From assembly GCA_052426225.1 (NCBI GenBank), contig JBNJNM010000008.1:124001-188000 (forward strand): a DNA stretch of 64,000 bases, in the 5' to 3' direction. Numbering within the stretch: position 1 is the first letter of the stretch; the number at the start of each line of letters is the position of its first letter. The DNA is from Zancudomyces culisetae HAW-14-8. Its lineage: Eukaryota > Fungi > Kickxellomycota. Positions 23,681 through 33,200 of the stretch are shown here, one piece after another. The notes under the pieces were generated by a model. It was not told where the DNA came from. It saw nothing but the letters and a program-made list of their open reading frames with translations, and ran no database searches. A program made the position numbers and the translations under genes.

Positions 23681-24925
23681 ATGGAACGAAAAATCACCAC
23701 CAGTATGTCTGCCCTCAAGTGGAACAGGCCAAATCTCGAGATTATTGATCAGTTACTGTTACCCCATGAACAGGTGTGGCTACCCATCAAAAACGCGGAA
23801 GAAGCCCATAAAGCAATCAAAACCATGCAAGTAAGAGGTGCTCCAGCAATTGGAGTAGTTGCAGGGCTTGGGCTAGCAACAGATTTATTGCACAAAAAGG
23901 ACGCATTCCAAAGCGAAAAGGATCTGCTTGAGTATATTGCAGAAAATACAGCGTATCTGAGAAGTGCCAGACCAACAGCTGTCAACCTTTTTGAAGCAAT
24001 GGATAGGATGGATAAACACGTCGAAACTGAGCATCTGAGACTAAAGGAATCGAAGGAAGCATCTAGTAATACATTAGAAACGATTATAGAAACAATAGTG
24101 CGAGAAGCCGAGACGCTTTTGGAAAACGATGTGCTTGACAACAGGGCGATAGGAAAGTATGGAGCCGAATATTTAGTAGCCAGACATGGTGAATCAAGAT
24201 TTTCGGTACTGACCCACTGCAATACCGGTTCTCTAGCAACTGCAGGATATGGTACGGCCCTCGGTATTATACGTGCGTTGTGGGAAAAGACAACACAAAT
24301 GGACCACGTTTATTGTACAGAGACAAGACCATATAACCAGGGTAGCAGGTTAACGGCGTATGAACTACATGAAGAAAACATAGATTTTTCGCTAGTTTGT
24401 GATTCAGCTGTGTCATGGCTAATTAAAACTAGCAACCAACCCGCTAAAACAATCAACAACTCGTTGGACAAATTTGATAGATCGCCAGTTAAAGCAATAA
24501 TTGTTGGAGCGGACAGGGTAACTGCAAATGGTGATACGGCAAACAAAGTAGGAACATACCAGCTTGCAATCGTGGCCAAGAACTTTGGTGTTGACTTTAT
24601 CGTTGCTGTGCCATCCACAACGATTGATTTGAGCTTGGATAATGGGTCGTTGATTCCAATTGAATATAGAAGTGGCACAGAGGTTACCAACGTCAGCGGT
24701 GTTGTTTTAGAATCTGCGGATCAACAGCAAAGAAAGGGAAATGGTATCATAGAACGCAGTACTGTTAGAGTCAGTCCGTTTGGGGATTTTGAGGCATACA
24801 ATCCAAGTTTTGATGTCACACCTTGTGAACTGATCACAGCAATTGTCACTGAGAAGGGTGTTATTACCAAAGACGCATCCACTGGGGAATTTGATGTGAA
24901 GGGATTCTTAGAAAAGCACAATTAA
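23681..24925 (+). CDS. MRI1: Methylthioribose-1-phosphate isomerase
   Basis: IDQLLLPH, MQVRGAPAI, SARPTAVNL, LTHCNTGSLATAGYGTALG, ETRPYNQGSRLTAYEL, VGADRV..NGDTANKVGTY, NPSFDVTP. Confidence 0.97.
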   Translation: MERKITTSMSALKWNRPNLEIIDQLLLPHEQVWLPIKNAEEAHKAIKTMQVRGAPAIGVVAGLGLATDLLHKKDAFQSEKDLLEYIAENTAYLRSARPTAVNLFEAMDRMDKHVETEHLRLKESKEASSNTLETIIETIVREAETLLENDVLDNRAIGKYGAEYLVARHGESRFSVLTHCNTGSLATAGYGTALGIIRALWEKTTQMDHVYCTETRPYNQGSRLTAYELHEENIDFSLVCDSAVSWLIKTSNQPAKTINNSLDKFDRSPVKAIIVGADRVTANGDTANKVGTYQLAIVAKNFGVDFIVAVPSTTIDLSLDNGSLIPIEYRSGTEVTNVSGVVLESADQQQRKGNGIIERSTVRVSPFGDFEAYNPSFDVTPCELITAIVTEKGVITKDASTGEFDVKGFLEKHN

Positions 24926-25370
24926 GAATAGTTCTAGATTACACTGGGGGATATGTTTTTAGTAGTTATACACATATTTAGTATGCGGTTGGATATTTGG
25001 TTGATTTATTGATTGATTGCTTGTTTTTTATGTTAAGGTGTGGCTTATATAAATGCGAGAGAATAAACCAATTATTTAGACAAGCAAATATGAAGGAGGG
25101 GGGGGGGTATGTCCAGCCAATAAATTAAATACGTATGTGTATGACATTTTCAATTATATGACAATCCTGGATTATATTTGAGACATAAAGTTGGTTCTTA
25201 GTCCGACTAGAAGGGAAAAGACTGCATATACCAATGCTACAAATAGCTTGTACGTTTCACGAAATTGATACGCGTGAATATGCTACAATTAAAGCCGCCC
25301 ATCGACAGTATCTTGGGGAAGGCTAGTTCATAAAAGACTAATGTAAGGTGAGGGAGAAAGGCGGTAAAAG

Positions 25371-25440
25371 AGGGTAAAAGAGGGTAAAAGAGGGTAAAAG
25401 AGGGTAAAAGAGGGTAAAAGAGGGTAAAAGAGGGTAAAAG
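25371..25440 (+). repeat. Tandem repeat (AGGGTAAAAG)x7
   Basis: Seven perfect 10-bp copies, with degenerate copies at 25351-25370. Confidence 0.95.
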
Positions 25441-25990
25441 AGAGAATGGTTATACACAGTTTTGCAGAGTGTAGAGCATTTACGTGGGTTTTCCTCTTCG
25501 TACAATTACTAATGGTTTTCATTTACATTCAACCAAATTGTAGGTACGTATAAAAGGCTAAAAGAAAAATAAATGTATTTTTTATTGTAGCTAATTTCGG
25601 AACAAAGTCATAATGTTAGACTTGGGTGTTGGTGTGCAAGCCAAATGGATGTGTTGTGATTGGGAGTGGGATGGGGGGTGGATAGGTGGAAGGGTAGGGG
25701 TGGAAGTAAAAGCCATGCAAAATAAAAATATATAAAAATTAAAAGCCCAAAAGCTCAAGGCAAAATTACCAATAAGGAGGCTGCTGGATAAAAACACATT
25801 TATTTGCGTTGTTTAATTTGGGAAATATCAGAAGGTAAAATAAAGAAAAGAAAAGAAAAGGAAAGGAAAAGAAAGGAAAGGATAAGTAGGACAGGCTGTA
25901 ATAAAATATAACAAGAGTACCAAACTTTGACAGTTTTTTTTTATACAGGTTGCGACACATGGGATATGTTTACGGATCAAGAGCTAGATA

Positions 25991-28900
25991 ATGAAAAGAT
26001 ATAATTTGAAATTTACAACTGAAGGTAGCAAAAGCAATAAAAATGCCAAGAGCAAGCAAAGGGAATCACGAACAACAAAGAGAAATGGGTGGGAGTATAT
26101 AGAGCTACTGGAAACTAAGGGAGAGAGTGAGAGAATGGCGAAAAATTCGAGTTTGAGCAGTGTTGGTACTGGTGGATTTGATGCTGGATACAGTAATAGC
26201 AATATTGGTGACAACAACATGAGTAGGACCAGCAGTCAGTTAACACCAAATAAAGAAGAGAGTTTGTATCTACTAGGAGATAAAACAAAAATGACTAGAA
26301 AAGGACCTTCACACACAAAAAACGTCGAGGGATTAGGGGGTGAAGAACAAGATGTGGAACAAGGTTTGAGTGCTGGTAGAAGCAAAATGGATTACAAAGA
26401 GCTGCATATGTCATTGAATTTTAATGACGAGAGCGATGCAGAAAGTATCGGAACTAGTAAGCGGTCGAAAAGCTTTAAAAGTAAAGATAGGGATAGGGAT
26501 AGAGACAGGAGCAGGGAAGAAAACAACAAGCCAACGGTTGAGGAATATAGATACATTAAAATAAACAGCAGGATGGCCGACCGCCGCGGGAAGTATGCGG
26601 CAAACGTTGTAAAAAACAACAAGTACAATGTCATTACATTTATTCCAAAGGTGTTTTATGAGCAATTCAAGTACTTTTTCAACCTGTATTTCCTGTTGGT
26701 GGCACTTTCACAATTTGTTCCACAACTAAAAGTGGGATATATGGTGACATATATAGGCCCGCTTGCGTTTGTATTACTCATCACGATGATACAAGAGTTG
26801 ACAGATGATTATAAACGAACAAAGAGGGATAAAGTAGCTAATTCGTATAGATACAGGGTGTATAGGCGAATTGAGGAGAGGCGGATAAGTGGAGCCGGAG
26901 GGGGGGAGGGGGTAGGTATAGGAAGGGGGATGTACCAAAGGATGGAAAGTAGTAGGATATTGGTGGGGGATATAGTGGAGGTAAATAAGGATGAGCGGGT
27001 TCCGGCGGATCTCGTGTTGTTAAAAACAAGTGAGGATAATGGGACATGTTTTATAAAGACAGATCAACTGGATGGCGAAACTGATTGGAAATTGCGAGTG
27101 GCATTAGAGGCAACGCAACGTATAGAGAGAGAGGAGGAGGAGTTTGGAAGTATGGATGGCGAAATGGTTGTAGAAAGACCACACAAGGATATATATTCAT
27201 TTAAGGGTAAGGCAAGATTAAAGATAGGAGCAGAGGAGAGCGAGTATGGGCTCGAAATAGCTAATACACTATGGACAAACACCACAGTGGCGTCTGGACG
27301 GATTGTAGGAATGGTGATATATACAGGAAGAGATACGCGGATGGCGATGAACACAAACAAGCCGCGGACTAAAGTGGGGGTGATGGATGAAGAGTTAAAT
27401 TTGATGTCGAAGGTGTTGTTTGTAGTGACACTGGTAATATCGGTGGTAATGGTTGGATTGGAGGGGTTTCATGGCAAGGCATATGTATCGATATTCCGGT
27501 TTTTGATATTGCTTTCGTCAATAGTGCCAATTAGTTTACGGGTGAATTTGGACTTGGCACGGGCATATTTTGGATATTTGGTAGAAAAAGTAGACAAGGA
27601 GATTGAGGGGACAGTGGTTAGAGCGAGCATGATTCCTGAAGAGCTAGGGCGGGTTGAATACTTATTAAGCGATAAGACGGGAACATTAACACGGAACGAG
27701 ATGGACTTGAAAAAGATACATATGGGTAATATGGTATTATTTACTGAGGAGGACAATGAGGAGATCAGAAGAAGGGTTAGAGGAGAAAATAGAAGAGAAG
27801 GGAGAGGCAGAAGTGTCAGTAACGCTGATGTAGGGGGAGGACGCAAGGATAGAGATAAGGATAGGAGGAGGGAGATGGTGATTAGAAACATGGTGGAAAA
27901 TTTAGCACTCTGTCACAACGTCACACCTATTAAAGAGGAAGAGCATGAGGGACAAGGCGGAGGACATGTTGGGGCAATCGGAGAACCAATGGTAGACATG
28001 GAGCAAATAATGCAGGAAATGATAGAAATGGATCAAGATGAACGAGTAACTATAAAAGAAAATGAGTATGGATACAGTGAGGGTGGGAATGAGGATGTAT
28101 ATGATGATGCGGATGAAATAAAGTATCAGGGAAGTAGTCCAGATGAAATAGCGATTGTAAGTTGGACTGAAAAGGTGGGAATGAAGCTGGTGGAGAGGAA
28201 TGGAAACAGAATGAAGATAGTAACTAGCAGGAGGAAAGGTGGTTATGCAAATAAAAACGGGGACGAAAATGTGATTTATGACAAAGATAACTTTGAGTAT
28301 GACTTTGAGTTTGATCGGAAAAAGCAGCAAAGTTATGAAAATAAGAAGTATGAAGGAGAAGGGGAGGGGGACGTGACAAGAGAGTATGAGATCAAAAAAA
28401 TATTTCCGTTTACGTCAGAGAGCAAACGAATGGGGATAATAGTCAAAAAAGTCAGTAGGCGTAGTCTCGGTGTAACTGGTAGTGATATTAATACCGATGA
28501 TGATGATGATGATGATGGCTGGCATGGAGATAGAATAAAATTTATACAAAAGGGTGCAGATAGTGTGATGATTAGCTTGCTTGACCAAAAAAATTCAGGA
28601 GGAGGAGACGGAAGTATAGAATGGGTTAAGGAGGAGTGTGGCAACATGGCAAGGGAGGGATTGAGAACGTTGGTGGTTTGTGAAAAAGAAATGAGTGCAG
28701 AACAATATGCAGCATTTGAAACAGAGTATGAGCGGGCATACAAGCAAGATCTGAGTAACCGACGCGAGGAAAACCTGGCTGAAATCAAAGCACGACATCT
28801 GGAAGGCGGGATGAGGGTGGTGTGTGTGACGGGAGTGGAGGATCGGCTACAGGAACTCGTGCCAAATAGTATTGAAAAACTGCGCAACGCAGGGGTCAAG

Positions 28901-30163
28901 GTGTGGATGCTGACGGGTGACAAAATCGAGACAGCAATCAATATTGCAATCAGTTCGCGGTTGGTAAGTATCAACGAGATGAACAGTATGGGGGCAGCGG
29001 GAGGTGTGGGGAGCGGGTTTAATATTATAGAAAAGTGTGACAATCTAAGCCAAGTGTACCGCGAGATAACCAAAATCAAGAAATACAACCAGGTGGTCAA
29101 AAGCAAAAGCCGGGCTGGAGGAATTGAGGGTTGCTTGGTGATTGATGGCCAGAGTTTGGAAGTAATAATACAAAACCGAGACAAGATAAGCCGGGCTGAA
29201 ATCATGGATGTGATCAAGCAGTTCAAAGCAGTGGTATATAGTCGGTGCTCGCCAACCCAAAAGGCCAAAGTTGTTGAAATGTTGAAGGAACATAACGATG
29301 GAGGTGGACGGATTGCGGCAATTGGTGATGGTGGGAATGATGTAAGCATGATTGTATCAGCACATGTAGGAATTGGAATTGTGGGCAAAGAAGGAAAGCA
29401 GGCGAGTCTGGCAGCGGACTATTCAATCAACAAGTTTCGGTATGTAGTTGACCTGATTCTGTGGCACGGGCGTAACAGCTACATGCGATCGGCCAAGCTG
29501 AGCCAGTTTATTGTACATCGTGGGCTGATTATTTCATTTATGCAGGCGGTATTCTCGGCGCTGTTCTACTACTCACCGATTCCGATTTTCCAAGGGTGGC
29601 TACTGGTTGGGTACACGACAGTGTACACAATGGGACCAGTGTTTCTACTGGTGCATGATCATGACTTGGCCAACAAAGGTGTGGCGGTGACATACCCCGA
29701 GCTTTACAAGGACCTGCGCAAGTTTGGGCGGATTTTGTCGGTGCGCAGTTTTTTGGAGTGGGTGCTTGTATCGATGTACCAGGGAATAGTCTTGATGTTA
29801 TTTGGGTGCTATTACCTTTTTGATCGCCAGTATCTGCATATCGTATCCATTTCGTTTACATCGCTAATTCTCAACGAGCTGATTATGGTACTTCTGCAGC
29901 TACACTACCACCGCGGCGATTCGTCAACGCCGATATATACCCGCCTTGCGCCGATGCTGGTTGCCCAACTGATGTCATTGTTGATTTACGGGGTCAGTAT
30001 GATTGTTCTCAGGGACGCCTATTTTGATCTGGACTTTATCCTAACCACCCAGTACTGGGGCAACATTGTGGTTATGACATTGGTTAGTTCGCTTCCTCTG
30101 GTTGTGGTGTGGCTGGTGGTTAATTTTAATTCGTTTGTCAAAAAAGCAACTGTTATATACTAA
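25991..30163 (+). CDS. NEO1: P4-ATPase phospholipid flippase, Neo1/ATP9 class
   Basis: TDQLDGETDWKLR, IVPISLRVNLD, DKTGTLT phosphorylation site, PFTSESKRMG, MLTGDKIETA, IGDGGNDVSMI, GKEGKQASLAAD. Confidence 0.96.
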   Translation: MKRYNLKFTTEGSKSNKNAKSKQRESRTTKRNGWEYIELLETKGESERMAKNSSLSSVGTGGFDAGYSNSNIGDNNMSRTSSQLTPNKEESLYLLGDKTKMTRKGPSHTKNVEGLGGEEQDVEQGLSAGRSKMDYKELHMSLNFNDESDAESIGTSKRSKSFKSKDRDRDRDRSREENNKPTVEEYRYIKINSRMADRRGKYAANVVKNNKYNVITFIPKVFYEQFKYFFNLYFLLVALSQFVPQLKVGYMVTYIGPLAFVLLITMIQELTDDYKRTKRDKVANSYRYRVYRRIEERRISGAGGGEGVGIGRGMYQRMESSRILVGDIVEVNKDERVPADLVLLKTSEDNGTCFIKTDQLDGETDWKLRVALEATQRIEREEEEFGSMDGEMVVERPHKDIYSFKGKARLKIGAEESEYGLEIANTLWTNTTVASGRIVGMVIYTGRDTRMAMNTNKPRTKVGVMDEELNLMSKVLFVVTLVISVVMVGLEGFHGKAYVSIFRFLILLSSIVPISLRVNLDLARAYFGYLVEKVDKEIEGTVVRASMIPEELGRVEYLLSDKTGTLTRNEMDLKKIHMGNMVLFTEEDNEEIRRRVRGENRREGRGRSVSNADVGGGRKDRDKDRRREMVIRNMVENLALCHNVTPIKEEEHEGQGGGHVGAIGEPMVDMEQIMQEMIEMDQDERVTIKENEYGYSEGGNEDVYDDADEIKYQGSSPDEIAIVSWTEKVGMKLVERNGNRMKIVTSRRKGGYANKNGDENVIYDKDNFEYDFEFDRKKQQSYENKKYEGEGEGDVTREYEIKKIFPFTSESKRMGIIVKKVSRRSLGVTGSDINTDDDDDDDGWHGDRIKFIQKGADSVMISLLDQKNSGGGDGSIEWVKEECGNMAREGLRTLVVCEKEMSAEQYAAFETEYERAYKQDLSNRREENLAEIKARHLEGGMRVVCVTGVEDRLQELVPNSIEKLRNAGVKVWMLTGDKIETAINIAISSRLVSINEMNSMGAAGGVGSGFNIIEKCDNLSQVYREITKIKKYNQVVKSKSRAGGIEGCLVIDGQSLEVIIQNRDKISRAEIMDVIKQFKAVVYSRCSPTQKAKVVEMLKEHNDGGGRIAAIGDGGNDVSMIVSAHVGIGIVGKEGKQASLAADYSINKFRYVVDLILWHGRNSYMRSAKLSQFIVHRGLIISFMQAVFSALFYYSPIPIFQGWLLVGYTTVYTMGPVFLLVHDHDLANKGVAVTYPELYKDLRKFGRILSVRSFLEWVLVSMYQGIVLMLFGCYYLFDRQYLHIVSISFTSLILNELIMVLLQLHYHRGDSSTPIYTRLAPMLVAQLMSLLIYGVSMIVLRDAYFDLDFILTTQYWGNIVVMTLVSSLPLVVVWLVVNFNSFVKKATVIY

Positions 30164-30289
30164 CACATGTATTCATTTTTTTTCTTTTATTTATTTGGTT
30201 TTAGAAAAGTATTTGGTTAATATTACAAAAAGTAAAAAAGTAAAAAAGTAAAAGAAGAGATAGAGATGTACTGGAATTATTCATGATAT

Positions 30290-33200
30290 TTAAATGTTTG
30301 GAACAATAAAGTTTATGCTGGATGAATTGGTAAAGGATACCAGTGGCAAATATGGGTGACACTGCACCAATCCAAATCCACTGTTACAAGAAGTACCATT
30401 AGAATTGACCCCACCGTCATCATAAAGATAATCGCTGTTGTTGCTGTTGTTATGAGAGCCAATACCAGCACTAGCACTAGCACCAGCAGCAGTACTAGTG
30501 GATATAGATGATAAACATGTTCCCTTGGGGTTGTAAATATTGATTACATTTCGCGACCAAGCAACCAGAACATCACCATTAGGATTTGATAACCACTTCA
30601 TACCCGAAAAGTCTGGGAAGTTTTTGCTGCCAATACTATTTGCATGCATATTTGAATGTGCATATGTATTTGCATTTGCATTTGCGTTATGTTTTGGATT
30701 GCTTTCAACAGAACCGAATTCAAAGATGGGCCGTTTACTGCCGTTGTTTCGTATATCGAATAGTTTGATTTGGCCACCATTTCCGCTACAAGTCAGAATT
30801 TCGTTAAATGAATCCAAAATCTTTATTCCCACCACACCATCGCATTTACCATAACCATAACCGTGCCCATAACCGTAGCCATAACCATAACTGTGCCTGT
30901 GGTTGGACCCCTGCTCATGTTCATTGTCATAGTTTGTATTGAAACTTGTTACCATACAATTGTTAGTTGTATGAATTCGCGTGTCATACACTCGAACCAT
31001 TCCAAAACTATCGCCTGTTGCCAACAGCCATGGCGTAAAACAGGATGAATACGGTGCAACCGAAGATGATAGTGATAATGACGATCCGGCTGTGGTTGAA
31101 ACGGTTTGGCAGTTGCTGGTAATACAGTTTAGTCTTTGGTCGTTTAAAAATTCAGGTTTATTGACACAGCTGATAACCTTTTCATGGTTCAGATCAATGA
31201 TTTTGATATTGTTGTTTCCTCTGAATCCCATAATTACCTTATTGACAGTAATAGCATCGCTGCTAAACCCGCCACCAATTCCATCGTTTTCACTCATTAT
31301 AACCTCATCGTGACTGCTGTAGGCAGTGCTAGTGATGGGGTTTGCTGGGTAGATCTGGAATCTCTTTAGAACCTTCAACTGATCACTGCCATCAGTGCTA
31401 CTGGTAGTGTGCTTACTAAAGTTTTTACCGCTTGCTGCACCACGATTGGAACCAGTGCTGTGGTCGTCATAATTATCCAGCAAGTTGATCACATTTGCAG
31501 TTCCATGTTTGCCCACAATTAGATATTTGCTAGGACGGATTTGTTTAATGTATTTAATGCGGTCTCCTGAATGTCGATATTCACCAAACTGCTTAACTAC
31601 CCTGCTCTCTGCACCATAGGTATTGTTGTAGTCGTACACTAGCAGATTATTGCGAGTATCAGCGCCTATCAGCTTGGTGTTATTGTAGATTAACATGTCC
31701 TTGGCATTTGTTCCTGCACTGTTGGTAATCATAAACTCCATTGCGCTTATTTCTCTGGGAACGTTGATGTTATATTTAAGCACTTTCCATTTTGTCTTTT
31801 CGATATTTCCAAATAACCTCGGCGAAGCGTTTTCACGCTCGTTTCGATCTCTTGCACCAACACTAGCGCTGCCACTTATATCCGTTTCGGTGCTATCGCT
31901 TGTATTGGTACTTGCGTTTGCAGAAGACTCTTTATCTCCGCCGATATTAATACTCTCCCTGCTCCTACTACTGTTCATAGGTATAGTGTTATAGTTTTTG
32001 GAGACTCGTATGTTGGTTGTGCTACCACTGCTGCTTTCACTACTCGTTCCAGCACTGTTAGTACTGGATACTTGTAAATCAAAATCACAGTACTTGGCAC
32101 CTTCCCAATCAACAATATATGATACACAGTATTTGTGTCTTATAATCTTTTTAATGCTTTCAGTCCACTTTTCAACAACTTCTTTCTGGTTGGTTTTATA
32201 AACTCCACACAGTACCATAATGCTGTCTAGCACTTGCTGTGCCACCAGCTTTATATCCACATTATCATCATTGGTCATCACAATCAAACTCTTATACACC
32301 ATTTGCAATAAATCATTTTGTTTTCTACCCATCCTTTCACCTTTACTATTCTCCCTATCAACAATAGCAACAAGTTCTTCAATGTTATCGTGAACCAATA
32401 CCCCACCAATCACATTAAGTGCCTCCCTGCGAACCATGGAATTGATATCCAGGCACCCATTGGCAATTGCCAGATATACCTTTTCCTTCACCAAGTGCTT
32501 GATCTCTCTTCCAGCCGCTTCCTCTATTGCTCCAACGCCCTCTATTAAAGTACCCAGTGTATATATTGCACTGGCTCTTACGTGTGTGTTTTGATGCATT
32601 GTCATCATGACCAGCAAGTCCACCAGACTCTTACTGGTATCTTCGCTTATGTTTTGCCGACTACTTTGCATGTACTCTCTGCTACTTGTATCCCGTCCTC
32701 GCTCTCTTTGTAACTCGTTATTTTCTTCGCCTTGTCTTATTCCCTGTCTCATACTCGATCCCCTAACATTTTCTCCTCTTCTATCGCCACTCCTCATTCT
32801 CTCTTTTTCTTTTTCTTTTTCTTCACCATCATTTGGATTGTATTTCATTGCTGTGAGCTGGGCTTGTGGGTATTCTTTCCACATAGCTGCCATTGCATAC
32901 ATTGTCCACATTTTTAGTTGCCATAACTCCTCACTTCCATTGTCTTCTCGTTGTAGATGCCCATAAAAGTACACCAATACATGATCTGCGTATGCTAAAT
33001 ATTGACTTTCTTTATTACCATTCCCTCCTTTACAAAATATACTCAACACAAAGCTCGCTGCTGTAGATACATAATCCAGTTTTTTAAGCTGGTTTTCCAC
33101 TACTCTTGCTGTTGATGTTACCGTATTTGCATTTGCATTTGAATTGACACTTGCATTTGTATTTGTATTTGAGTTGGAATTTGGCAGAGTTGGTGTGTTT

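Noticed and set aside
25371-25440. Repeat arrays as CRISPR
   Set aside because: No spacers, eukaryotic context and no cas genes.
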